Source: Pelomyxa schiedti (taxonomy: Eukaryota; Protista; Evosea). Taken from it: a stretch of 58,874 nt of DNA. Location of the stretch: the NCBI GenBank assembly GCA_020536535.1, contig JAHLWZ010000239.1:1-58874 (forward strand), in the 5' to 3' direction. Shown piece by piece: positions 23,201-40,293 of the stretch. Below the pieces are notes generated by a model. That model was not told where the DNA came from. It did no database searches and saw only the letters and a program-made list of their open reading frames with translations. The position numbers and the translations under genes were made by a program. The first letter of the stretch is position 1. Each line of letters opens with the position of its first letter.

Positions 23201-26200
23201 GAAAACCTTGTATGCTTCATCCATGTTTCCCAGTGCTAAGTTGTAGGAAAACGTGAGAATGGCATCTCTTATGGTCACGTCAACAGACTCCATCCCAGTA
23301 AAATCTCGTAGAGTGAATGCCACAATAGTGGGAGTAACAGTGACAGGTTCCCCAGGTGACTCACTTGGAAGTGTGTGTTGCCGACTTGCGAAGAAAAGAT
23401 ACGGCACGTGAACTCCAAGTAAACAACCTGTCCCAGGAGGAAATGTTACAGTATCACTGTGCAGTATTGCGCTGCTTGTTGGAGACTGCAAGTCAGACTC
23501 CAATGCGACGAATTGAACAAGAACCTAGCAGTAACCTCAGTGAAGTCGTCATGTTAAAGAGGACTACTTGATTTTGAGTGGAGTTATCCCCTTGGTGCTC
23601 CTCACCAGGTTTTTTTATTCCTAAGGTTTCGTAGACTAACATCCTTGGATAGATTGGATCCCAAAAGTGATTCACAATCTTCAAGTGTTTTATTTCAATA
23701 GGCAGGCAAGGCTATCAACAAACCTGACGTGATTGCTCTATGTCATTCCATTTATGAATTTTATTCGCATCAACTGTGTAGACAACGGCAGACGTACTTG
23801 GTGCTTAAAAGATGTGGGTGGATCTTCACTTACAACCATCCATACAGTTTTGGCTGGAGGAAAATAAAACACTCACATGTGTGCCCAACTTGTTGCATCT
23901 AATGGAGGAAATTGTTCCATACTCCCTTTTGCAATAATATGTGAGGGTGCAAAGCAGAGGGATGACCTTACAGTACATCAAATGTGACGGTAGCACCATG
24001 CCTTCTTACATCTCTTCTTTCCATGTCAAAAATGCACAGTGAATTGGATGTTGTGGCCTAGAGAAAGTAAAAAGGAAAGGTTTATCAGGTTGAACATACC
24101 ACTGCAAGGAAATTTCCACACACATCAGCTAATAGAACCTCCCCCTCACTTAAGCTGAGTCGAAGGGTCTGCTTTGGTACTCCTTTTAGACTACATATGT
24201 GTACATTTGATTGTTCACACAAAATTAAGGATTTGTTGTCATGTGCAGCCACAATAGTGCTGCGGCTCTCGACTACACCAAGTGTTTCCACTTTTAAAAG
24301 TAGTTTAAGCACATTGCTAAGTGTTATATTTGTGGCTCACCATTGGCATCAGCTAATACTTGGTAAAGAGCAACTTGTTGCCCATTCCACACGCAAATAG
24401 TTTGCTCAAATACTTTTGCACACTTGATCCTCATATCTAATGCTATTACAGAAGACTTCTGCTTGCTTTGCTGTTTGGCACTTGACATAAATCAAAAAAC
24501 ATGCAGGACATACTCGTGGCTCGTGCTTCTCAATTTTGAGCTCTTTTGGGGAGAGTTGGAACAATCCAATTCTCGTGGAAGCACACATGCTCCACTCCAT
24601 TGAAGTTGCAACCAGTACCTCGACGTGATCATGAAGTGTCACTACAAGTGCACTATCAGATTCTGCACAACATTTGAATAAGAATATGCCCGTATGTTAT
24701 GTACAAACCCCAATGTATATCCTGAATTTTTCCCTCAAGTCTAATTGGGTCACACATCTTCATTAAACAAGACTAAACAAGAAAAAGTGAGAAGAAAGCT
24801 GCATACATCCCAATTTCCGCTGTTATCATTGAGGCCTGTCCACATTAAAAGTGTCCCCATTTCAGTGGATGCTATAGAGTGTGACAAGTGAAGCAAGGTA
24901 GTAAAACGAACCGGCTAAAATGTTCTTGGCGCTACAAAAGGCTATGTGTGTCACTGGTTCAGTCAAAGGTGAATTGGATACTGGATCTGATTCATTCAGC
25001 CCAGGTAATGGAGAACGTTCATTATACCAATCATCGGTAATATGAAATTGCTTTGCTTATCTAAATTCCACAGCCTAATAATCGGGTCAACGCCTGTGCA
25101 AGAGGCAATGCTTCCTGCTCCTAACCATGCAGATTCCACAACTTTGTCTGTGCTGATTCCAGGTGTAAGTTTTACCTTTTGTAGTTTACCTGTTATACCA
25201 CACTAAAATTGTAAGGTCTCAAACCTGAATTGTTGGTTCAAATTTGCCACTTACAGATGTCGAAGATTGGAACAAGAATAATTGATTCGCTGAAGAAACA
25301 ACAGCAATGGCATCCTTTTCTGCACTATAGTATATTTGCCTAATGCAGGAACTGGGGACTGAACAACACTCTGATATAACGCCAGAACTATGATCTGCTT
25401 GAAATAATTTGCAGACAGATGGTGCTAACAGTGCATTGCTTTCATTGGTACCCTGAGGTTCAGTGGTTGATTGGTGGCGAAAATTAGATAACTGGCCCAT
25501 CTCAAGTCCAACTATAAATGGTGTGGTCTTGAACCTTGGTGTTTGTGGTAAGCTTAAAGTCTCTGAGACAAGAAATACCCATGACAGTTAGTTCGGAAAA
25601 TACACTTGGAAATTGAGCCTTGAAAGGATTGATGCATTACTTGTGTGGGATGGGCACCTTTCTCGTGTGTCCACACATATATATTGCCTGCCTTTCCCGA
25701 AATTACTTGACTTATCCTGCCTTACAAAGATTTGGGAATAATAACCTCGTCACATGATACCAGTCGAACTCCTGCATTTGGTTCCCACTCTAAAACAGTA
25801 ATGGGTGCTTTGTGCACCAGAAGTGACTCGATTGCCTGTCCATCAATCCATATATCAAGTTGTCCTGTTCGAATGAACGTTGGTACAATGGAGAGATTAG
25901 TCAGAAGTACCATCCATCCAACAAAAAGCGAGAACTTTAAAAATAGGGTGCCATCTAAGCATCTTGCAAACATTGGGGGGTCGTGAGATGATGGTGTCAA
26001 CAAATTCACCCTTTTCATAGTGAGATGTGAGTGACAAGTAAACCCGACGCGAACACAACATGGACGCATTATGGGGGGGAAAAAAAAAAAAAAGAAAGAG
26101 AGAGAGAAAGGAGCTTCAACAAGCAAACCTCCTTTGTATTCAGTAGAACTGAGCCAGAACCAGTTGCAACAGCCAACAAAGATTCCCGCGAATGAGACGT

Positions 26201-26797
26201 GGCGGCCACAACAAAATCCTCAGGCGATTCCGCCGCTGCAGATTTATCAGAGTCTTCCGGCGCCTCGCGCGGAGCTCGGCGCAGAGGCACGGTGAACCTC
26301 GCGAAGTTGGTTTTGTTCGTCAGCCGGGCTTTGGGGCCGCCGCCGTCGCCGCCCGCGGGGTCGTTCGCGGAATCGGCGGGGCCCAAGTCCAGGGCGCCTC
26401 CCACCTCGTCGCCAACGATCTCGCCGGTAGTGATAGCCGTCTGCACCGCGGGCGGCGAGTGGGACTTATGGGAGGCTCCGGTCGTTTCCTCAGCCACTTC
26501 CTCTTGTTGTTGCTGCTGCTGCTGTGGTGGGGGTTGTTGGTGCGAGTGGTGACTTGCTTTTGATTTGGTTGGTGAGGTAGAGGGAGGTGGTTCAGCATTG
26601 AGGTCGTTTGCTGGTGTTGTTGTTGAAGACCTTCCCGTTCCGGTTGGTTGCTGTTGGTCGCGCCTTCTAGGCGGCGTGGCCTGCGGCGTTGCAGCGGTCG
26701 TCGGTGCCTCTGATTGTTTCTTGTGTGAGTGGGCACGTCCAGGTTGTGGTCGGTCGTCAGAGGGAGCCGCTGCGCTACTGCCTTTTCTCCTATCCAT
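20287..26797 (-). CDS. IFT140: Intraflagellar transport protein 140 (WD40 + TPR), many introns
   Basis: WDRAISIAESHDRIHLKSTHYAYAKFLESMGQYDRAMEEYEKSETHR|FEIPRML; LRDFTGMESVDVTIRDAILTFSYNLALGNMDEAYK; NHFWDPIYPRMLVYET; WD40 segments near 25200-26000; acidic C-terminus ending EEVQDDV*. Confidence 0.92.
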
Positions 26798-26978
26798 CTT
26801 CAACGAAAAACGAAAAAATGTGGCGCCCTTCCTAAGTCTGAGTCTACTGGACTGATCCTGGGGCGGTTCCGCTGTCTCTGGCACAAGCAGCGTAAACCCA
26901 ACATCTTTCCTTTGTTCCTCCTTTCCATTTGGCACCCGCGAGTTGATAAAAGGCTATTACGGTAAGAGCCAGCTGAAG

Positions 26979-27067
26979 AAGGAAACCTGAGGTACCACAG
27001 ATTGGGGTTCCCCAGCCATCCAGGGGTTTTTTTGGCATTTGAATCAATTTTGTTGGATTTGGTGAGT
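26979..27067. repeat. Diverged local duplicate of 27339-27427
   Basis: aaggaaacctgagg...ccaggg(g/t)ttttttggcatttgaatcaattttg(t/c)tggatttggtgagt repeated at a 360-nt offset. Confidence 0.85.
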
Positions 27068-27209
27068 AACAGTGGTGGCAATATAGAGACATATTCCACG
27101 AGCAGTCACCTACGTTCTAGGGTAACTATGAGAGATATGCAGTCAATACGCTGCGTGCCAGGAACTTTCACTTGCAGAGAATTGTGGAGCAATGTCTTTT
27201 TCAAGTTAC

Positions 27210-28518
27210 TCAAGAGGCAAAGTGAACAATGGTATATGCGGGGACCCACAAAGGAAACAACAGAACCAGCACAGTGAATGGTGGTGTGGCTGTTACATCA
27301 ATAACAGTGACGCGGCACGCAGCAGTATCCACGTGAATAAGGAAACCTGAGGCACCTTTGATTGCGACTTCCCAGCTCTCCAGGGTTTTTTTTGGCATTT
27401 GAATCAATTTTGCTGGATTTGGTGAGTTGCCATGGTTGCAATTCCAGATTGGGACTTTTCCATCCTCTCGAACTCTGCCATCAAAGTACTCACAGTCACT
27501 TATAGGCCAGTAAGAACAGGAGGGAGTATGAAGCTCCCTTGCAACACCTGTTATCTCATCAACCTCATTGCAAGTCTTTTCAATACATCCTGTTTGAGTG
27601 ATGAAGGAGAGAGTCCCGTCATTCCTCTGCAATGGAAGCACGTCAAGATACTGGTGTTGTGGGGTAATACTGATCTGGGCGTGCGTGATGCTCAGAACTT
27701 CGAGAGAACCGCTTGCGTGTGTCTCCTTTATGTCAACAACAAGGAACATTGGGTTGAGTTCTCCTCGCCTCAGCACTACCATCAAGAGGTCATTTGGTCT
27801 TGACTGCAAAAACCTGGTGTCCGACATAGAGTAGCTGGACTGAACAAAAGCTGCGAGAGACGCAGTCTTGACATCACTTTCACTGAACTCCCACCTCCAA
27901 GTCCCCCTCTCGTCGAATTGCACGTTCAGGGGCATAGTTAGCATCACAGGCACCACCGGTTCATTTCCGGGTGGTTCCACAAAGATGTGTCCGCACCTGA
28001 CAATCCACTTGCTGTTCACCACCACACTGCTTTGGTAAAAGGCAGCCGGGTTGCCTGCCACTCCAATCTTCCTCTTCGAGCAGCCGCCGCCGACGTCATA
28101 CAGCCCGACGGAGCCGTCCCACAAGACATCCGCGCACACGCTGTCGTTCACCCACATGCAGTTGGCGCACGCCGGCGCGCTCTCCCCCACGCAGCCCACC
28201 ACGCTCCCCAGCAGCCGCGAGACCCTCACGCGGACCCAGGCGGGGCTGGGCCGGCCGGCGTGCATGTCGCTGCGCGTCCCGACCACGCTCAGCAGCAGGG
28301 AGCGCACGCGCCGGGTCCGTGGCCGCGACTACGAGGGACCAGAGGAGCCTCCCCACTGTGTGCCCGTGGCGGCTCAGCGTAGTGCCGCCCGTCGCGGCTG
28401 CTGCTGCTGCGGCAGCACGCGGCGACGTTGATGCCACGAGTGCGAGGACTTGGTCGCTGGCACGCAGTACCGACGCGACTTCCCACTCACGAGGGGGCAA
28501 GGGATCCCGACGCTGCAA
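27210..28518 (-). pseudogene. Frameshifted copy of an intronless lineage-specific gene, with the start codon lost
   Basis: Relative to the copy at 1-282: 2-nt deletion near 28308 (acgcgcgccggg vs acgcgccggg) splits the frame, and ATG is replaced by TTG at an about 32-nt deletion near 28518. A 365-aa downstream ORF remains open. Confidence 0.65.
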
Positions 28519-28539
28519 GGTTGAAACACAAAAAACCTC

Positions 28540-33343
<4,804 letters not shown>

Positions 33344-33830
33344 TGTAAAAACAAAAAAAAGGGCTTTTGGCTCAACCTCCACAACTGTAATAAAATCTTT
33401 GCTTTTTTCCCTGCACGGATTAAGCATCACTGAAAAGCACAAAAGGTTGGGGTGTGGTGCTTGAGCTTTGGTACCCAAAACACGTTCTCGTGCACTTCAA
33501 ACCCCTCATGATACAAGCAACCTCTGTTCCCTCGAACACCAGTCACGCAAGGATTGTGGGACCCAACGAGGACTACCTTGCAGTGCTAAACACCAACTAC
33601 ACAATGCCACCCACCAATCCATGAGGCAACAAAGGGCAAAGGGTCAAATAGCTATTCATTAACTTGTTCCACGATTACCTGTTTTTTGATTTTCCAAGGA
33701 AAAAACAGATTACTTCCCACTGAAGGGAAAAGTGCTCCTTTTTTGTTTGTATTTTAACAAATAACAAGGGAGGTGATTGGGAATGGTATTGGCTTCCTTT
33801 GGGGTGAATGGCAAGGTGCTCGAGGTATCC

Positions 33831-34481
33831 TCACGTGTCATCAGATTGTGCGTAGAGCTCCAGGTTGGCACGATGCAGGTCCGAGTTTTGTTTGTGGTTC
33901 TCCAGTTCTTGTGCTGTGGAAAATTTCCTGCAAGTGATGGTTGAGTGAGTTTGGCGAAAGCAAACAGGAGAGGTGAAAACACCTGCGGCATAGTGTGCAA
34001 ACAATAAGAATCGGCTCTGAACTTCCCTCAGGGAGATTTCGATTAGATTCGTAGGCCTCCCCATTCAGTGGATTGTGAACCGGCTCATCGTTCATTTCAC
34101 TTGCTGAAGTATCATTATTTGTCTCCGCAGGCGGTAGGACTGTGGAACTGGTTGTTGTGGTGGTTGATGTTGAGTCCGTGCTTGCAGATTTGCTTGATGT
34201 GGGGTTTGCTTCTGCAGCAGAGTTACCCACAAATGACGATGCACCTTCATCATGTACAACACCCACAGGAGGGCCAACAAACACTCTTGATACATTCTGC
34301 CTTTCTCTAGGTGGTGTTGCCACAGGAGGTATGAAGTGTTTCTTCGTTCTGGAAGCACTGGAACTTTTTTTCCCACCACTGGCACATTTTGTCCATGATG
34401 CCCAAGCAGCATAGTGAACATCAAGGGTTTCTTCAAGTCTCTCTTTTACACGCTCAAGACGAGCTTCATCTTTGGCTGCTT
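33831..34481 (-). CDS. 3' part of a paralog/allele of the J-domain + C2H2 gene; truncated by a gap
   Basis: Aligns to 42556-43200 with in-frame indels; ends CTLCR|RKFSTAQELENHKQNSDLHRANLELYAQSDDT*. Confidence 0.7.
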
Positions 34482-34581
34482 NNNNNNNNNNNNNNNNNNN
34501 NNNNNNNNNNNNNNNNNNNNNNNNNNNNNNNNNNNNNNNNNNNNNNNNNNNNNNNNNNNNNNNNNNNNNNNNNNNNNNNNN
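34482..34581. other. Scaffold gap (100 N)
   Basis: N run. Confidence 1.
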
Positions 34582-34970
34582 TGATCACTATCGGCAACGA
34601 GAGGTTCAGGTGCCCAGAGGCTTTGTTCCAGCCCTCATTCGTGGGAATGGAGGCTGCTGGAATCCACGAGACATGTTACAACTCCATCATGAAGTGCGAC
34701 GTTGATATCCGGCAGGACCTGTACAGCAACATAGTTCTTTCCGGAGGCACGTCGATGTTCCCAGGGATTGCTGACAGGATGAAGAAGGAGATGGCCACCC
34801 TCGCGCCAACAACAACCAACATCAAGATCATTGCACCACCTGAGCGCAAGTACTCAGTGTGGATAGGGGGATCGATCCTCGCCTCACTAAGCACATTCCA
34901 GCAGATGTGGATCAGCAAGGAGGAGTACGACGAGTCGGGACCCGCAATTGTCCACCGAAAGTGCTTCTAA
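34582..34970 (+). CDS. act: 3' part of a second actin copy
   Basis: [15 protein letters not shown]...AIVHRKCF*, protein-identical to 32956-33343 with a few synonymous SNPs and a different 3' flank. Confidence 0.85.
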
Positions 34971-37900
34971 TGTAAAAAGCACTCACTTATTTCACAGGGT
35001 TTCTACAAACCACACTGTGGCGAGGTCCTCTGTGCCACACACACATTTGTTTTAAAAAAAATTACACATAAAATTTTCCTTTCAATGAACTTCTTTCCTT
35101 TCTTAACCAATACATTACAATTGCCGGGTACGGAGTGGGGGGGCTGCAAAGAGTAAATATTACACAGCAAGTGGTGCACCACATACCAAAAGTAGGTAGG
35201 TAGTTCCAGTTCAGTTCTTCTTCAGTCTCAATGTAGTAAGTCCGCACAACAAAAAGTTCAGAGAGCAGCAAGCAGAGTTGTCAAGATACAACACCAAATA
35301 CCAGTCAATGGGGGGTATGGGGCTCTGCAAAAAGTATAAGAAGGGAAGAAATTTTACACACATTACATACCGCACTGCTGTGTGCAAAATGGAATCACTG
35401 TGATGACATCCCAAGAATGCCAAGTACATTGCCACAAGTCCACAACGATGAGACTTACGACGGTGTTCACAACGTGGATACACAACAATGCAACACGATG
35501 GTGGAGAGATCCATAGATTGACGTTGAGATCTGAGGTACGATAAGAGACCATCGTGTACATCTGGCACTGGGTTTTTTTTATTTATTTATTTATTTTTGT
35601 GACTTTTCATTCTTCTTGGGAAAAGGTCGAAAAAAAGGCACAACATTTTCGACAAGTTGGGTTTTGGGAGTGACTCTCTCCCGAGCTATTTCTAAACAAG
35701 CGTCGTTGTGGGCTGGGGCTCTGTGGCCTCCGATTCCCTTCCGGAAAGTTTGTCAAAAATGCAACCTGTGGGACTGGTTGAATGTTATTGGAGGAATGGT
35801 CTCCTGGAACGTCTACCAGAAAACACCTACTTGGCTTCATTGTTGGGTGGAATTACTCTTCAACTGGGATATTTCCTGAAATTCATTCGGGTTGGAATGG
35901 TTGTCTCTTTTGCTATGGTGGATGTAACCCTCTGGTGGGAACTTCTTGGAGAGTGAAGGTTTTATTGTGTGGTGTGATTCTTCTCTATTGTGCAGCAATT
36001 GCTTGCATTGCATGTGCTGGTACTTTTCAATAAATAATAGACTGTACTTTGTTCGGTTTTACTTCCCAAATGTAGTGACAGTATACCGACTGTAGACAAA
36101 AGTATCGCCAAAGGTTCCGAGATTGTCTGGAATAGTATGCTCATCACAGTAGTATGAGGCATCATAAGGCATGAGATAAACACTCCACCCGCTGTCATAT
36201 TCGGGCTACGGAATAGTAAAGCCCCAACTCGCTCCAAGTGGCAGAGGTGGAAGTGACAGTGTTGACCCAAGCAATAGGCTGCATGCCGACAACAGTGGGA
36301 GGCATGTATCCCACTGCCAGAAGTGGCACAAGTGTTTGTAGTGCAACTTTGTCTGTAGAATTGATGGCTTTTGAAAAATCTTGTTTTAGTGGTTGAGTGA
36401 TAGAAACACGGTGTGTATCTTCCAAGGGAATCGCCATTTGTACAACACAATTGCTGAAAGCAGAGAACGGGAAACAACTATGATATTCAAATCGAATCTG
36501 AGAAGAATGAGATAGGAAACATACCTGTGTGGAAGCAAAGATATACCCTAACAGTGACATCGAGGTTTCGTTATACGCCGGATCGAAAGGGGTAGGTAAA
36601 CAATTTAGGAACGAGGACTATATTCACTGTATGTACATCGCGGAGTACCAGTGAGGAGTGATCTCAACTCTTTTCTGCGGTATTCTTATGCCTTGCCTTC
36701 ATAATCAGGGGGTAAGGCATGCCAACCCCAACCCAAGATTGACATAGAACTGCCCTTGGAGTGGGAAATATCCTAAGAACTAGGAGATAAAGAATAGAAA
36801 TTATTTTCCAAAACCAAACCAAGAAGATAATAACCGCGCCGAAGAGATTACACTTCTAATACTTCCTTCAGATAAGAAGAGTTCGTGCTGAAACACTTCG
36901 AAATGGCAACAACAAACACACATTCTTGGAGAATAGAATAAACAGCATCCAGTCGTCACTCACTCAACCCGGCAACAAGTGTTGACTGTATCATCTCTTG
37001 ATTCCTTTAAATACGGGTTTGCATTGATGGGAAGAATGGTTTTCGCAGACTTGGAACGAAACCGAATAGAATCATCAATAACCGACAAGTCATCCACACC
37101 GCGAAATCTCGTACTCCGGTGCGTAATCGGGGCAAGTAACGTTACTTGCACCAACATTGGCGAGGAGTTTCTGCTTCTGTCTTGTGAAGTTGAGAAGTTC
37201 TCATTACGTGTGGTTGGTGGCAGCTACATCACATTGTACAACAGAACCAATCAATAAAGGCTGCCTACGAGTTGATGTGACATTTTATTGATTTAACAAT
37301 CAAATGTGCGTTTGCCACCGAAAATATAGGGTCAACCACAGTGCCCAAGGATTTTGTTTTTGTAGGAGTTGACTTTTATTCATGGCTCACAACTAAGCCA
37401 GACAGACCTCAATGATTTTCATCTCTACATCAGTCACCACTGAAGGCCAATGGCAATCTACCACTCAGACGGTCAGTGGGAATCTGAATGTTTCACCCAG
37501 AAGCTGAAAAGGTGAGAATGTGGAGCATGTGACACACTCACATGCAGAACGAATCTGTGAATGTGGAGATCACGAAGTTTGTGGTCTCAGTGCTTTTGGC
37601 ACAATGTTGAGCATGAATCACTCTCATCTTCATTGTGGGAACGAGACTTGCCAGGAAGACTTTCCTTGGCTGTTCGGACCTCCTTTGTTGTGGGGCATTT
37701 GTCTTAGCACCACCACCAACTGGTGGGTGTCACAGAATAGCTGTTCCACAGTACTTCCGAAAGTCAATGACGTTATCCCACTGCCCATTTCCTCTATGAT
37801 TCACAGTCTAATGAATGCCACCACAAGATACAACAAATAAATAGCCATGGGGCTGTCATATCACAGACCTCCTCAGCTTGATTCCCCCGATAATTGGCAT

Positions 37901-38280
37901 GCACAAACTGAGTGGATTCTAACAGATTAGAGTGGAAAACAATGAGAATAATGTACTGACACCCATTCTTGCAATGACTTTCCATGCACAGGTCCCTTCC
38001 CTTGCAACCCACCCCTTTTTGTGCGTGGGGATCTGCAGGGTACAACTGCGGTGGTAGTATTCCTGGAGAGAATTTGTCCAAACTACGTTTGGTGGGTCAC
38101 ATCTATCGGTGACCACCTGGAAAAAAAAAAGTTGGTTTTGGCTTCGAAGCTCTCCAGACTTTTCTCACTTAAACCCAAAAATTTTTTTCAAAACGCAATT
38201 CAAAAAAACCCAAAAAATCAAACAACCGCAAAAAACAAGAGACCAGACTGTACCACAAATATCCAAGCACGACGACAATC

Positions 38281-38938
38281 ATGTCTGCCACAACAACAAG
38301 GCCTGGCAAGGGTAAAGGTGGCGGTGATGGGGAAACCCCAAACAACGAGGCGCCTAATTCCACCACCACTGGGAGAGAGGTATGTGTTGTAATGTGTGAT
38401 TTTATGGCTGCTGTTGTTGTTGCTATTGTTATTATTCAATCACGCTAGCGGTTTGTTTGTGGTGCACTCACTATATCACGCACAGATTGTCGAACCCAAG
38501 AAGAAGGGCACCGGAAAGGCTCCTCCAAGGAAGAGAGCCGCCGCGCCGATTCACCGTGTGAAGCCACATAGGGCCGGCAACAAGCTCTACAAGACGGACA
38601 GCAAGATTCACGGTCACAAGAAGGTCGCTGTTCCTGAGGAGTACAGCTCCGACGAGAAGGACGACGAGGATGAAGAAGTTGCCACCCACGACGACGAAGA
38701 CGACGACGACGATTCTGCTGAAGGGAAGGAGGATGAGGAAAAGGTGACACCTGTTCAACAAGATAACGCTGTAACAACCTCCTCAACCTCTTCGAGGCCG
38801 GACAACAAAGCGGCTGTTTACACTAGCATCGGCAGGATAAAGAATATGCAAGGGCAACTCGCGAGGCTCCTTCCAAGGATCGATAGGGAGATCGAGGACT
38901 TGCACAAAAATTTCAGGAAGTACGTCGAGTATCACTGA
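38281..38938 (+). CDS. Small uncharacterised protein (basic region, acidic tract, C-terminal coiled coil)
   Basis: MSATTTRPGKGKGGG...TGRE|gtatgt...cag|IVEPKKKGTGKAPPRKRA...DDEDDDDD...IKNMQGQLARLLPRIDREIEDLHKNFRKYVEYH*. Confidence 0.6.
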
Positions 38939-40293
38939 CAGCTTTGCCTCCATCATCGCCATAAAAAAAATAAAAGAATTCCTTCGTTTGATCATTCTTT
39001 GTTTTGTTTCTTTCGTTGCGGTCCAAGGAGGATTATTCGTGTTGCTCACTTGACGGTGTTGTTTGCTTGGTGGTTCTTCCATCGTCGCAATCGCCCTCCA
39101 AGCACTCACATGAACTCGTCCCGCGTGGGGTGTCCAGCGACACTTTCAAAGAGTTTTTGGTATCCTTACTATGAGTGCCCAATCCAAGTAAGTATGATTC
39201 GTAGACACGTTCACGCTCTCACTTATTTCTAGCCTGCTATAATCGGTTTATATTCCAGTCCTCCCTGATTTCAGTAAGTGTGTCTTTTAGATGAGAGTTC
39301 CATAATTTTATGCATTTTAATCAAAATGCTACAGAGAGCATTTTGCCATCACGTAGCATATGAACAATTCAGAAGATTGACTGTGAGCAACCCCTGGAGC
39401 AGCACTCAGATCTGTAAAGCCTGGTAGAGTGATGCACTTTGTCTCAGAGACACTAACTTTTGACGTACAGCTTCTCCCTGACCCTATTCCACAAGAAATC
39501 CTGATGTCGTGTGGTTAATTTCATAACTGCTCCACCAATTCGAAATGAATACCCAAACAGAACTTCTGGGAGATTTTCATCATCATCTCATTTCAAAGGT
39601 GCTCTAGCTGATGATGAACCTTACCTCACTAACTTGACAACAGGTCGTTTTTAAACAAGAGGGTGACAGTGGATGTAGTTGCACAACTGCGCAGAAAATA
39701 GATGTATTCAAGACAGAAGAACGACTTTTTAGTAGGCGATTATTCATTGAAACAAGGAGGTGTGGAAAGTACCGATTCAAAGATGTTACTGGCTGTAGAG
39801 TACCACCAACAATAGATCCTTTCTTTTTTTTCTAAAAGCCACAAAAGGAATGATGAAGAGTGGGTGTCTTGACAACAGATAATAGCTGTCAGTGTTATGA
39901 AAGCCTCGAAGGCTGACCCGAGAAAAGCGGCATAGCCTTTTATAAGCTTGAACATTTTTTTTAAAAAAACTGGATGCTCTTTTTTTAAAAAAAAGAAGTA
40001 CCTCAAACGGCATTCATCAGATGAGAAGAAGAAAGAGCCAAGTCCTCCAGAGCAGAAGAGGAGTTTGGGGGAGTGGTGGCAGACACATGGGGGTCAGAGC
40101 ACCCACCTGCACCATCGCGGGAGGGACCCACAATCGCCACGTGAAACGCGGCAGAGGCGGAGGTGCCCGAACATCGCGCTGAGCGGCCTGCGGGGCGGCG
40201 GTGGGTGCCTGTCACAATAACCAGCGCCACTCATCCCCTGTACGATTCGAACAACTTCGCGAAAATAAAAATCGCACCGTCTGGAATTTTTTT

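Noticed and set aside
39110-40240. Possible small genes
   Set aside because: I could not assemble a consistent spliced frame or recognise a domain
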